Notes: generated by a model from the letters alone, not told the origin. A stretch of 64,000 bases of DNA from Azolla caroliniana (GCA_043228905.1 JBHGNT010000022.1:7440001-7504000); one strand, 5' to 3'; numbered from the stretch's first letter, positions 49,801-62,753 are shown. Translations and numbers: made by a program.

Positions 49801-52119
49801 AGAGGACAACATGACACCGATGAAATCCCAAGACGGGAGTGAGTCACCTAATAGGACTCCGAAAGATGGTTCAAGTAATAACAATCGACTGGTGGAGTTG
49901 ACTAAAGATTTTGAACCAACAAAATCGGCACTCAGGAGATCCGGACGAGTCAGAAGGCCTATAGAGTTTTATCAACCGGGCCTCGACTACGTCAACTACA
50001 CGGAATCCGATGCAGGCGAACCAAGTACTTACGAAGAAGCTATAGCCGCACTAGACGCCGATACACGGCTACAAGCCATGAAATCCGAAATGGACTCGAC
50101 TCATCAAAATCAGACATGGGAGTAGGTCGAACTACCAACTGGAAGAAATCCGCTAACTTGCAAATCAATTTTTTGATACAAATATGTATCTAACTCAAAG
50201 AAACCAAAGTACAAAGCTAGGCTTGTCGCGAAAGAGTTCAAACAAGAATATTGGTTCGACTACGATGAGATATTCTCACCAGTAGTCAAGATGACCACCC
50301 TCTGACTCTTACTAGGAGTTGTGGCGACCAAAGATCTAGAGCTTGAGCATATGGACGTAAAGACGACATTCCTACACGGAGATCTGGAAGAAGACATTTA
50401 CATGTCTCAGCCGACAGACTTCACGATGATAGCGGAGGACAACCACCTCGTATATCGACTGTAAAAAAGTCTCTATGTCTTGAAAAAAGCGCCGAGGATG
50501 TGGTATCAGAAGTTCGACTCCTACATCATCAGGCAGCTTGGATACCGCCGATCTGACTTTGACCCATGTATGTACATTCGGCAACTGGCCATCGAGTCTA
50601 GGATTTATCTGATCCTATATGTCGACAACATGTTGATTGTAGGAAGCAATCAAGAAGAAATTGGAAAGCTAAAACGTAGCCTTCATGACAAGTTTGCGAT
50701 GAAGGAACTCGGACAAGCTCGTCACATACTAGGCATGAGGATCGAATGAAATCGGATGACCAAGTCTCTCCGACTCTCCCAATCCGACTATATCTGGAAG
50801 GTCCTAAAGTGCTTCAACATGGAGAATGCGAAGCTAACACCAACATTGCTTCTGATGTCGATCCGACTATCGGACAGAGACTGTCCTTCAACGGACAAGG
50901 AGAGAGCTTAATGGAAAGATGCCCTACACATCGACCATAGGAAGTATCATGTACGCAATGGTGGCGACCTGACCCGACCTAGCCTATGTCATAGGGATGG
51001 TCAGGCAGTATATGTCAAACCCAGGACGGAAGCATTAGGAGGCCGTCAAGCACATTCTTAGGTATCTAAAAGGAACCATGATTGCACAGTTGAGTTTCAG
51101 TTTGACAACCTCAACCAAAGTCAAAGGCTATATTAACTCTGACTATGCCGGTAATACGGACAATCGGAAGTCAACATCAGGCTATATTTTCACCTATGGT
51201 GGTGGTGCTATATCATGGAGGTCGAAGCTTTAAGAGTGCATGACCTTGTTAACCAGAGAGGCTGAGTACATAACAACATCGGAGGTAGCGAATGAAGCGA
51301 TCTGGCTGCACCGACTGTCAGTTGACTTCTCATCTACAAGCCAAATCGACTAACCAACGCAAACCATCTATGCGACTCACAGAGCGCTATACACCTTATA
51401 AACAATCTTGTCTATCACGCAAAGACAAAGAATATTGAGGTGTGGTATCATAACATCTGGGAGCTCATAACCGAGAAGAAGCTCGACGTCTGGAAGATCG
51501 ATACCGAGGTGAACATTGTTGATTTCCTGACGAAGCCACTCCCAGAACAACGCCTCAGAGCACTAAGGACAAAGATGGGACTGCGACAAGTGATCGAGCA
51601 AAAGAAGGCCGAACGAGAAGCGGAAGGTAAGTCGAACTGATGGACTCAAACAAGTCAATCTGATTGACTAGCCGAACTAGGCTAAACATTGAACACATCT
51701 CTGTTGACTCAGCCACATGCCGATTAACTCGTAAATATAAATTTAGATTAATTTTGTAATCTTGGTTTACGGGGGAGATAACCCCAAACACTTCTACATG
51801 CAGAAAAGAGTGGTCCAATTTGTTCGCATAAAAGGCTGACTCCTTCCAATTTGTATCGTAGTGTGTACTAGTCCAAAGAGTGAGGGCTTAATATATAAGC
51901 AATAATCTAATGTTGTAAAGAACAACCCCTCTATCATCTTGTAAATCGAGTCTGAGAGAGAGAGAAAGAGAACGAATGAAATAACAGAGCTTCCATTAAA
52001 GCTTAAACCGTGTCTATCTTCTGTTATATCTTCTTGCCTCCATTCTGTGTAGTTTGTTGAACACATACGATAGGTCCTCACACACACACATTTACGTTTC
52101 CGTGCATATCTGCCCTTCA
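46637..52119 (+). mobile_element. full-length family B Ty1/copia (Tork-like), decayed
   Basis: LTRs 46637-46967 and 51821-52119, CTTAG TSD, iMet PBS 46970-46981; gag, WLLDSGA protease, integrase, RT and RNase H remnants with many stops. Confidence 0.94.
47199..47543 (+). mobile_element. solo LTR inserted in family B gag
   Basis: TGTG...AACA ends, AAAAC TSD (47194-47198/47544-47548). Confidence 0.88.
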
Positions 52120-54156
52120 CTTAGTGGCGCTGACATACCTAAAGTATTCGTTGTGCGTACTGAAGCTACTCCATGGTTGGATGCACCATGAATTGACTGA
52201 TCAAGCTGACCAGATAACTAAGGTCCGACAAGGTGATGGTCAAGTATATAAGGCTTCCGACTATTTGTCGGAACCTTTTCGGGTCGCATGTAGTTCAGAG
52301 TAGGGGTGAAACTTCACATTCCTATCCCGAGTTGTTGAGAAGGATTTGCACTCCGTCATTCCAAACTTGAAGAGCATACTGAGCACATGATGTCGTTGGC
52401 TGATCAGTATGCCTTCGGAGGTACGGATCACTTCGATCCCGAGGAAGTAATGAAGGACCCCTAGGTCCTTCATGTTGAATGATGTTGCTAGTTGGGACTT
52501 AACGTGTCCGATTTCTTCGTGATCGGCACCAACAATGACTAAATCATCCACATAAAGTAAAATACTAACCAACCCACTCCGACCTTGCCGGATGAAAAGT
52601 GAAGAGTCTGACTTCGACGTGGCAAACCTCATCCGACATAGGTGCTACATGATCTTTGTGTTCCAGGCATGCAGGGCTTTCTTTAGTTCATAGAGGGACT
52701 TCTTCAGTCGGCAAATAACCGACGTGTTCATTCCGACCGAAATCCGAGGGGTGTACTATGTACACATGTTCCTCAAGCTCACCTTGCAGGAACACATTCT
52801 TTACATCCATTTGATGTAAGTGTCACCCCTTTGTCGCAGCTGCAACAAGCAACACACAGATGGTAATCATCTTCTTGATCGGCGCGAACATCTCATCGTA
52901 GTCGATGTCGTGTTGCTGGGCATAGCCCTTGGAAACTAATCGGGGATTGTACCGATTGACGTAGCCATCGGTGTTTACTCCCTTTGGAGTTTCAACCAAG
53001 TCCCATGTTTCGTTCTCCGTGAGAGCATGTATCTCTTCCTCCATAACGGCACGCCACTTTGCATCATTTGCCGCTTTTGCATAGTTCTCCGGTTCATGCA
53101 CTTCCGCCACCTTTGTCATGTACGCATAGTGATGCCCCATGAAGTCATTATATCCATATTGAGCTATGCGGTGCTTTTGGCAGGTAGATCGGCACAATTT
53201 CTGCTCTACCGATTTGATGGCCCCTTTGACTGACTCTGACCTCTCCTCTAGAGGTCTGTCTTCAAGCTTTCCGGAGTCAAATTCGCTCCGATCCGACTCT
53301 TCCTTGTCTATACTGTACTCCGTCATCTTCTTCTTTCCTTTCTCCTTGTGCATAAACCGTCTCCTCGGCTTCCAACGTGGAGACAATACAACTGAGTCTC
53401 GACTACTCGCCGGCTCCTCATTCGACCCAGTCTCTCATTCGGCCCACTTAGTCGGAATGAGATTGGACTCTCTTTTAGAGCTCCAATTTCTTCTTCGTCC
53501 GGAGGCATTTCAGCCTCGCTGACCTCATCCTCAGAATTCAGAATGGAGTTGTCGTGCCGACTCGTCTAAGGCGACATCATGGCTTACCCAGGCCTGTTTG
53601 GTTATAACAGTTACAACCCTTCTACTCGTCCGAGTAGTCGACCAAGTTACACTTCTTGGCCTTTGCGTCTAGCTTCCTCTGTTTCTCCTTTGGCACATGC
53701 ACATAGGCAATGTTGCCGAACACCCTCAAGTGTCCTAGATTTGGTTTCTTCCCGAAGTAGAACTCATGTGGTAACAATCCTCCATTTGTAGATGTCCGAT
53801 TCTGCAGGTAGACAACTGTCCGGACCGCTTTGGCCTGGTAAAACTTCGGCATATGCTTCTCCCCAAAGCATTGCCCGTGCTAACTCCTCTACGGTCCGGT
53901 TTTTCCACTTGGCCACACTGTTTTAATCTAGTGTGTATCTGCATGAGAATTCTCGCCGAATTTCTTCCTTCTACAGATAACTCGAGAACTGGTCAAAAAT
54001 GTATTCTTTTCCACCATTGGACCTCAGGCACTTGATTTTTCTGCTTGTTTCCCATTCGGCAAGGCTCTTCACCTTTAAGAAGCAGGCGAAAACTTCGCTC
54101 TTCTTTGCGATCAAGCACGCCCAAGTGTGCTGAGTGTAGTAATCCATGATGGTTAC

Positions 54157-55279
54157 TGTTGGCATAAAAGGCCGACTCCTTCCACTTTGTATCCTAGTGT
54201 GAACTTGTCCACATAGTTAGGGCTTAGTATATATAAGCAATAACCTAACGTTGTAAAGGGACAATCTTCTTGATCATATATTATATATCGAGTCTTTGTG
54301 AGAGAGAGACACAGAGAATGTGATAGAGCTTCCATTAAAGCTTCAATCTATGTATATCTTTGCTTCTCTTTCTGTGTTGTTTTCTGAGTACGATCTGAGA
54401 TAGATCCTCATACATTTCCACATACACTTACGCTTCAACTGGTATTAGAGCGATTTGTTGCTTGACGGCAATAGACAACAGAAAAGGCTGAAAGAATTAC
54501 TAGGTTAGTAAATCTCACTTTCGAGAGAATCATGGCATCAACATCCGGTACAGAAGCTGAAATCCAGAAATTCGACGACAAAAACTTTGCCCTATGGAAG
54601 GAGATGATGTACGACATATTAATTATTCGAAGACAAGTCGAGGTCATTCAACACTTTGAAAAGCCTGCTTCAATTACAGTCGATGAGTGGAGATCAATGG
54701 ATGAAGTCGTACACTCCACCATTCGAATGCACCTAGCCGAAAACGTCTACATTAGCATGGAAAAAGAGACGACGGTGTTCTCACTATGGGAGAAACTACA
54801 AGCCGTGTATGAGAAAAAGTCATCATCTTCAAAACTGATTTTGATCAAACAATTGTTCAACATGAAGATGTGAGAGACCGATCTGGCTACCTCCCACATC
54901 AACACCTTCAGCTGAGTGTTGTCAGAACTCACCTCACAAGGGACCAACTTCGAAGAAGAAATGAAAGCCCTTGCCCTCCTATCGAGCTTGTCGGTGAGTT
55001 GGGAGGTATTTTGCATGACATACGCTAATAGCTGACCTATCCTAAATCTGGATGAGACGATCGGCCAAGTCCTTACCGAGGACATTCGGCGAAAATCGAT
55101 GGGATTTACCATCGATGAATCGGTAGAAACCCATCACTCGACCGAGTCGGTCGAGAGAACAAGTCGACAGAACCGGTTAGAATACCAATAGATCAAAAAC
55201 GAGGGGAGATTGATAGCTGTCGAAGTCGAGAATGGGTGCATTTGGTGAATTTTGCACACATTGCAGAAAAGCTGGCCAT
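54157..55279 (+). mobile_element. second family B copia, 5' part (LTR 54157-54437, PBS 54440-54451, gag from 54532)
   Basis: LTR homologous to 46637-46967; MASTSGTEAEIQKFDDKNFALWK gag. Confidence 0.9.
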
Positions 55280-55362
55280 TGTCAGGAATAGTACTAAAAC
55301 AGAGAGAGAATAAGTACTAAGAGGATGGGACTACGTAAGACTCCCAAGAGGGAGGAAAGAAA

Positions 55363-55394
<32 letters not shown>

Positions 55395-56593
55395 TAGTGA
55401 GGACGAGAGAGAGAGAGAGAGACGATGATAACATATGATATATTATAGGAAGAGTAAGTACAAGATGGCTATGAGGCTTAAGACTGGCGTTGAACCAATT
55501 TGGTTCAACATAATGCCTAGTGCCTTCTTTAATAGTGTTCTCAAGAGTAATCCTGAAGCTTCTAGAATGTTCCAGAGAAATCTGGAATATACATTAATTT
55601 CCTATAATAAAACTTAAATGAAAATAATATCCTACGTATTACAATAGATGGTATAATGGTCAAGAGCTCAACCCATATAACATAAGGTCATGGGTTCGAG
55701 TCTTGCCATAATACATCTCTGATGGAAATAGAGGAGGGAAGCCGATGACGATCCGCATAAGTCTTCTGTGTCTGTTGAGCATGACGAAGATGAGTAGAGA
55801 GATCCATCTGGATCTTGTGTAGTCTTTCCAAATGATCCTTGGCACGAGGATTGGTAGGTAGCTCCGGGGTGTCGATGACCGACCAACGAGGATGAGAACT
55901 GGTATAAGCGTAGAATGGGGAGACTTGAGTCGAGGAGTGAACAACATTATTATACGCAAACTCCGCAAAGTGAAGAATTTCAGCCCAATCGTCTTGTTGA
56001 TAACTCAAGAAACACTGGAGATATTGCTCCAGCGTTTGGTTTGTTCGTTTCACCTGCCCGTCGGTTTGAGGATGGTAGCCGGAGGAGAGGTTGCAAGAGA
56101 CCTTGAGCATCTTGAAGAGATGTTGCCAAAATTTGGAGACGTATTGCGGTCCTCGGTCACTGATGATATTGTCTGGGAGGCCATGATGCCGAAATACCTC
56201 ACGCATGACAAGGGCGGCGGTTTGCTCACTAGTGATGGCCTTAATACATGACACAAAATGTGCCATCTTCGTATATCGATCGACGACGGTTAAGATAGCA
56301 TCGAACCCCTTCGAGACCGGCAGATCTGTGATAAAGTCATGACAAATAGACTGCCACGGCTTACTTGGAATCGGTAAGGGTTCCAACAAGCCATATGGAT
56401 GGTATCGTGGCATCTTTGCTCAGCAGCAAGCATCACAGGTTTGAACGTAGTCGTCGACAAAACATCGCATATGGGGCCACCAAAAGGATCGTTGAACTAG
56501 ATCCAACGTCTTAGTGCTACCAAAATGTCCTGCCATATGGGTGTCATGACAACTTTGGACGATTTGAAGGCGACAGGAGCTATCGGGGACATA
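55280..56593 (-). mobile_element. chromovirus (Tcn1-like) 3' LTR (55280-~55712) and integrase; element resumes at 63820
   Basis: ORFs 55688-56413 and 56420-56647 homologous to 24218-25294; LTR shares tRNA-like and HSE motifs with 25708-26128. Confidence 0.88.
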
Positions 56594-57009
56594 TACATAG
56601 ACACAAAGACACAAAGATAATATCTTTTGCTCCACACATAGACACAAAGATAATATCTTTTGCTCTACCTTATATATGATGAGAGCCGTATTTGTCGTGC
56701 CTATGTGGGATATCTCACAATTTTCTCTTTTCCTTTCACAAACTTTATACCCTCATATCTTGACATTTAGTTGTCCGTTTCTCGTGTAATAAAGTGCATT
56801 CGAAACCTCCATCATTTTGTACTTAGATATTAAATTTATTTAAAATGTTATCTTCACAATTATTGTATTATGTGATTCATACTCGATTTTGTACGTTTTA
56901 TGGGATTTTCACACTATTGCCGAAAATCTTCACGACATCCACCCCCACCAAACCGCACACCCTCCGGTATGTGCCAAGAAGAGAGAAAGTGAGATTTCGG
57001 CTACGGTGA

Positions 57010-60000
57010 TCAATTAGATTTCTCCATGTCTTCATTTACATCCGCCCTATTATGTTCATCGTCGAGGTAATCGAGGTCAGGATCCTTGTCTTGTCTTTTC
57101 GTGAAAATCTTTACTCTTTTTCCCGCAATGGGTACGACCAACCTTGATCCGTCTAGTTCCGCACGGTGGTATGTGGCATTATCGTTGGAACTTGTCACCA
57201 CATACGGCCCGAACCATCTTCTTGTGAACTTCCTTGTTGTACTGTGTTGATTGTGAAGGGTGCTGTCGTAAACCAAAACCCAATCCCCTTCTTCAATCTT
57301 CTTGGGACGAAGTCGATGCGTGTTGTCGAACCAAACTTTGTTCTTTACTCGGGCTGCCTCCATCATCTTTCGCGCTTTTTCTAAATCTTCAGGTCTTCTT
57401 TCAAGTTGCCTTATCCACGCCGCTAATAACTCTTCTCGGCTCATCTCGTTCTCCCACGGTATCGCTACCCATGAGGCGATCGTCCTTTCGATGGGCATAA
57501 TCGGCTTTTGTCCATACATAAGCTCCGTCAGCATATACCCTGTCACCGAGCTATGTGTCGTTCTATCGCCCACAAGGCATAGGGTAATAGTCGTGGCCAA
57601 TTCCCGACTCGACCGTTGCATGCCTGTACGATGGCTTTAACGATAGGTCCATGCCCTCGCTCGATCTTCCCATTCGCTTCTGGATTGTAGGTAGTCGTGA
57701 GGGAGAGCTTCACGCCTAGTCTTTCGAAGAGCTCCGTCGCTTCGTGCGTGTCCAACTCCCCTCGGTCGGCCACTATCTTCCCTACACATCCATATCGGCA
57801 AACAACCTCTTCAAGCAGAAATTTGCAAACGGCTGAAGTCGTCTTATTTGTCAAGGCTCGTCCTTCCACTTGATTTGTCAAGTCTTACCTTGCCAGCGCG
57901 AAGTACTTCATTTGTCCCACTCCCATTGGCATAGAGACCAGATCCACCATCCATTTGAAGTGTATGGTGAGTGGGTATGTCGGCTGTAACTCATCACGAT
58001 GACGTATATTTGAATATATTTGGCAAGTTTCGCATGTGGACACGAAATGGAGTACATCTTTGTACATGCTTGGCCACCAGTACTTCTCCTTCAACTTTTC
58101 GAACGTCGCCCATGTTCCTCTATGACCTGCCCAAGCACTCTCGTGGAATTCGGTCATCAACGTCTCTTGCTCTTCTTTCTTTACCACCACTCGACGTGGT
58201 ATTCCTGTCCTTCTTTTTGGATGTCGCCAAAGGAATCCTCCCTTCAAGAAGTATCGGTAAGCTTTCTTTCGGATTCGTAGGACCTCCTCCTTTGTCAACG
58301 AAGCATCTGTCGTCAATGTTCTTAGGAATCTACCGATGAGTAACCACTCTCCTTCGTACTCGTTCTCGTTGAAGGCGTGGAGGGTTTGCGTGTCCTGGTC
58401 TTCCTCCGACAATCGAGCCATCTTGAAGAAGTCGAGGGCGACATCTTCATCTTCCGAAACCATGTTACTTCCATTTGAAAATCTTGCCCTCGACAGCATG
58501 TCAGCCATGGCGTTCTTCTTCCCTGCAATGTGACGGATCTCTGGGTTTAAAGACTTGATGTAGGCGATCCACCTTAGCATAGCAAGATCTGGGGTCGCAC
58601 ATCCCGAGACCATTCCAAGAATTGGGAGACAATCTGTCTCTATTATCACTTCTGACCCAATCAGGTAATCTTTGTCCGTCTTCACTGCCGACACAATACC
58701 CTAAAGTTCCCTCTTGACTTGGGCATATCTTTGTTGCCGTTCGCTGAGAACCTTTGCTCCGAACTAGATGGCATATCGCACATTATCTTCACCTTCTTGA
58801 TTGATGACCCACCCGATTCCGGTTGAGCTCGTATCTACGGTCACGTAAATTGGTTTCCCTTCGGCATAGTTGGCCTTCCTTAGTGCCGGAGCTTCAAGAA
58901 GCAGTTTCTTTAATCTTTGCATCGCATTTGTGTGCTCGTCTCGCCATTCAAACTTCATTCTTTTCTTTAGTAGTCCATATAATGGTTCAACGACATGAGC
59001 GTAGTGAGGAATCCATATATGATAAAACGTGCATGCTCCAAGGAACCTTCGAACCTCCGTTTGGTTTTCGCAATCTTCTTTCATGTCTTGGATTGCATTC
59101 ACTTTGGATGGCGAGGGCTTCCGGCCATATGCTCCACACAAGTGACCTACCACCAAGATCTCCGGTTGCCTGAATGCGGATTTTTCTCCCGAAAATGTCA
59201 AATTCGCATCTTCGAGCCTTCGAAGCACCTTCTCGCAATCTTTCATATGATCCGCAACGAACTTTCTACAACCTTCCTTATCTTTCGATTCATCTTTCTC
59301 CTCATCCGAACATCCTTTTATCGGAATATCATCCAAGAATGGAATCGTGATGTCCGGGATGCAATCCTTCAAGACTTTATTCATGGCATTCACCATATGA
59401 GCCACCGAGTTCGTTGCGCCTTGGGGTAAGGTACACATCCGCACAAGCCCGATCGGAGTCCTCATGGTTGTAATGTCCCGACTGTCGAACGCCAATTGGA
59501 ATTGGTCATATCCGGAGTAGAGATCGCCAATGGAGTAGATGGACCAGCCCGCAAACGCTTCGGAAAATTCGTCCACGCTCGGACCGATTCCGGCATTTTG
59601 AATTGTCACCTTGTTGATGGGTTGAAGATCTTGGATGAATCGCAATGATCCATTCTTCTTCGGCACCGTGAACCACCTATTGGAATAAGGAGCATTTGAC
59701 GGTTCTAGAATTCCCATACTCACCTTCTCCTTTAAGAGCTCGATCAACTTCGGAAGGTGTGCTCTCGGAACCGGTATCGGTTTCAAATTCCAAGGCACAT
59801 GAGGCACCGTGAAGATCACCATCGGCTCTATAACCTTTGGGTCGGCGCATCCGATTTCTCGTGGGAAGAATGCGAAAGCCTTCCCATGTCTCTCAAGCAT
59901 ATCGCGAAACATTCGCTCCTCTTCAGGGAGAAGGAAATCCTCCTTTCCAACTCGTAGCTTCCCCTTCGTCTCTTTGGTGAAGACATGACCTATCTTCTTC

Positions 60001-60497
60001 GGATCTCTTAAGCTTGGATCGTTAGCGACTTCCTTCATCTTTTGCCAGCTATCTTCCGGTAGCGGAACCGCAACTAGCTTGATCTTCTTATCCACCATTT
60101 TATATTTCTTGTTGATGTCAGCTTCCTTCATCGAGATGCCACGACGGTATTCATCGATGATAGCGTACATGTTGACGGAGTTAACCGAAATCACGCGTTG
60201 GTTGTGAAGATAGCTCAAGTCCACGACGTCCTCGATTTCACCGATGGTGTCGTTAAATGAGGCTTCTTCCATAATATGAGTCACGAAATCTCCTTCTTCT
60301 ATTATGTTTTCTCCTTTCAGCATCTTCTCGAATTCTTGTATCCGGTGCTTCTTGTCGGGTAGTACTAGTTTACATGCGCCACTAGGTGTGACACATGTTG
60401 CTTCTCCTCGCAATCCATGCACTCTTCTTTCTTGTGGGGTCTTGTGATTGCTCGGACTATTTGTGCCCCATGCTTGAATAGTCCGCTCTAAAAATCC
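57010..60497 (-). pseudogene. gypsy Pol (RT, RNase H, integrase), -1 frame to Gag-PR; three stops and one frameshift
   Basis: LPQGATNS, FLDD, VDTS, ADMLSR, H..GH..YWWP..CETC, ADRGE, NGKIERGH, WFGPY. Confidence 0.92.
60435..60497 (-). promoter_or_regulatory. putative -1 programmed ribosomal frameshift signal
   Basis: G_GAU_UUU heptamer before the gag stop, 5-nt spacer, 9-bp stem, loop UGGGG complementary to downstream CCCCA. Confidence 0.75.
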
Positions 60498-62692
60498 GAG
60501 GATTCGCCTCCGAGACTATCTCGATTCCTTTCATGATTGGCTCGCACCGTTAGGAATTGGACCGATCTTTGGTTGTCAAGACTCTTTATTCGTGCGAAGG
60601 CTGCTCCATTATCGAACACTTTGGTCTCCATCCGAGATGATGTGATATAAGGTTGCCCTAGGATGACAGGATGCGACGCCGATTCTTGTACGAAGAAGTG
60701 TTGATCCATCTCCACATCCCCGATCATGACTTTGATATTGGGACAAGCTCCGTACAAGTCCTCCGTAGACTTTGTTGCCACGCGAATCTTCCATCCGTGG
60801 TTTGTATTGATTGGCCATCTTCCTTTTTTGTAGAAGTCGGTTGACATGAGGTTGATCTCTGAGCCGTGGTCGATCAAGGCTACCACGGTCTCTTTCTTCT
60901 CCCCGATCTTCACCGGCGTCTCCGTTGTCGCTCGTGCCCAATGAGGTCGAGTATAGTGGCTGTCCACCATATCTTCATCGACTTCGTCTCTTGCCATCGT
61001 TATGGCATTCGTTTTTGCTTTTTGCGGCTTCTCTTCTTCCTCGTCCGATTGTTGTCTCTTTCTCTTTACAAGGTCCACGATCGTGTCATGGAACTCCTTC
61101 TTCGTAATGCCAAGCAATTCCCTCAAGGACAAAGTTACGTGGCTATCAAGAACTCGTTCTTCGAGAATCTTCTTTAGGTCCGTCGTCTGCTCTATGTCCG
61201 ACCTTAGCTTATAGGTAGGTATAGTCCTTGTCCTCCGAGCGGGGTCTTCGACACCAACCTTCACGGGCCGAACCGTTTCTTCAACTCGTATGCTCGGCTC
61301 CCCTTCTCGGCTTGATTCTCGTTCCTCCATTTGTAAAGGTCGACTCGTCTCCGCATCGTCCTTCTTTTTCGCGTTCCTTGTTTCATGTCTTTTTGATGGG
61401 CCTCGCTCTTCTATTCTCTTTCTCTTTTCTTCGACGAACACCTCGTGGTTGTCGCACATCACCTCTGCGAGTATGGTGTTGTCGTCCACCGGATCCAACC
61501 ACCCGGTTATGCTTTGCACGCTTCGGTCCACAAGCTCTACCTCGTTCGATGTGACTTTTCCCTTCTTCTCATATTCGAGAACGGAAGTCCAAAACTTTGC
61601 TCCCGCTCTAGCAGCTTCAGTCTTGTCTTTCCCGACTCTTATTCCGGCTGACGCAGCATAGTGCATCGCATCCACATGAGTCACATCGGCATCCTCCATA
61701 GATTTCTTCATTCCTCCTTTTCCGAAATTCACCCGTAGGGGTCTTCTAGTCTCGCTTGAGCAGATCATGTTGTCCTCTATGTATACGATATTTTGTCGAA
61801 TCGCCTCTCGAAGGCTCGCACAATCCCTTCTCATGTGGTCCATGCTATCGCACCACACGCATCTAAAGGGTTCTTTTCCTTTAGGGCCCCGACGATTCAT
61901 GTTGGCTAGCGTGACCTTCTCGAACTTCTTCGCTAGCTCTTCAATGATGTCGTCATCAATCTTCTTTTCTTCCACGTTACTTTGTCTTGGCGGCTCAGCT
62001 ACTTTCGGCGGTCTTGCTTTCTCCGTGGTGCTCGGTCCCGTCAAGTCGGTGTCATCAACCCATTGGCGACGCTTGTCGAGCCTATTGCATGCCCGCTTCA
62101 CCGCGATCCAGTCTGCTACGAGCCCATTTGCTTGGGTATCATCTTCGAGAAGAGTCCCCAACTCCCGTCTATCCTTTATGTCCACGGCCTTCAAGAAGTA
62201 CAAAGTCTTGTCCTCTTCAAGCAACACTTGGTCCGTATTGGGGAGACGACTAAACATCTGGTCGAATTCGTCGTACACCCTCGAGACGCTCATCTTCTTA
62301 TTCTTCTTCTCTATCCACTTCATCAGGGCATGTCGAGTCATCCTCGTTGAGTCTTCAGTCACGAACTCCGCTAGTATCATTTTCTCGAACTCGGACCATG
62401 TTATCTTACCTTCTTGAAGCTCGATGACGCGTCTTTGGATGTTGTTGGCGACAACTCTCTTGAAGCTTATGATTTGACGTGCCTCGGACACGTCCCTCTG
62501 ATTCATCTCCCTTCTATATGCATCAAGGAACTTCGTAACGTTCCTTCCATCGAATTGGCCCTCGAGCTCTACGACACGATCGACAACCTTCTCCACGCTT
62601 GCGTCGTTGTCTCGAGATCTCATCATTTGCTCGACAATTAGCATCATCCTTTCGAGCTCTCCCGCTTGGTTGCTTGAGGACGCCATCTCCAA
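60488..62692 (-). CDS. Gag-protease polyprotein, 734 aa
   Basis: Intact ORF; CVWCDSMDHMRRDC zinc knuckle; ALIDHGSEIN aspartic protease; VILGQPY. Confidence 0.9.
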   Translation of the reverse strand: MEMASSSNQAGELERMMLIVEQMMRSRDNDASVEKVVDRVVELEGQFDGRNVTKFLDAYRREMNQRDVSEARQIISFKRVVANNIQRRVIELQEGKITWSEFEKMILAEFVTEDSTRMTRHALMKWIEKKNKKMSVSRVYDEFDQMFSRLPNTDQVLLEEDKTLYFLKAVDIKDRRELGTLLEDDTQANGLVADWIAVKRACNRLDKRRQWVDDTDLTGPSTTEKARPPKVAEPPRQSNVEEKKIDDDIIEELAKKFEKVTLANMNRRGPKGKEPFRCVWCDSMDHMRRDCASLREAIRQNIVYIEDNMICSSETRRPLRVNFGKGGMKKSMEDADVTHVDAMHYAASAGIRVGKDKTEAARAGAKFWTSVLEYEKKGKVTSNEVELVDRSVQSITGWLDPVDDNTILAEVMCDNHEVFVEEKRKRIEERGPSKRHETRNAKKKDDAETSRPLQMEERESSREGEPSIRVEETVRPVKVGVEDPARRTRTIPTYKLRSDIEQTTDLKKILEERVLDSHVTLSLRELLGITKKEFHDTIVDLVKRKRQQSDEEEEKPQKAKTNAITMARDEVDEDMVDSHYTRPHWARATTETPVKIGEKKETVVALIDHGSEINLMSTDFYKKGRWPINTNHGWKIRVATKSTEDLYGACPNIKVMIGDVEMDQHFFVQESASHPVILGQPYITSSRMETKVFDNGAAFARIKSLDNQRSVQFLTVRANHERNRDSLGGESSDF

Positions 62693-62727
62693 GTATTAAT
62701 CTCGACTTGATCCTTCCTACCGCCTCT

Positions 62728-62745
62728 TTCACGACGGGTTCACCA
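62728..62745 (-). promoter_or_regulatory. primer-binding site complementary to plant tRNA-Trp 3' end
   Basis: TGGTGAACCCGTCGTGAA versus plant tRNA-Trp 3' end TTCACGTCGGGTTCACCA as recalled (17/18). Confidence 0.75.
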
Positions 62746-62753
62746 CTTAGTTA

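Larger units (their letters stand above)
45226..54156 (-). mobile_element. second family A copia (3' LTR 45226-45619, decayed INT-RT-RH), interrupted by family B insertions
   Basis: RYVSAT|KDKG rejoined across the 46637-52119 insertion; NPVFHTPTKHIEVHYHF, YVDDL and GYNDFMGHHYAY motifs. Confidence 0.88.

Noticed and set aside
55649-55708. functional tRNA gene
   Set aside because: No convincing acceptor or anticodon stem; reported as a tRNA-like module instead.
60866-62641. long plus-strand ORFs antisense to gag (also 21085-22444)
   Set aside because: Shadow ORFs of GC-rich retroelement coding sequence with no independent motifs.
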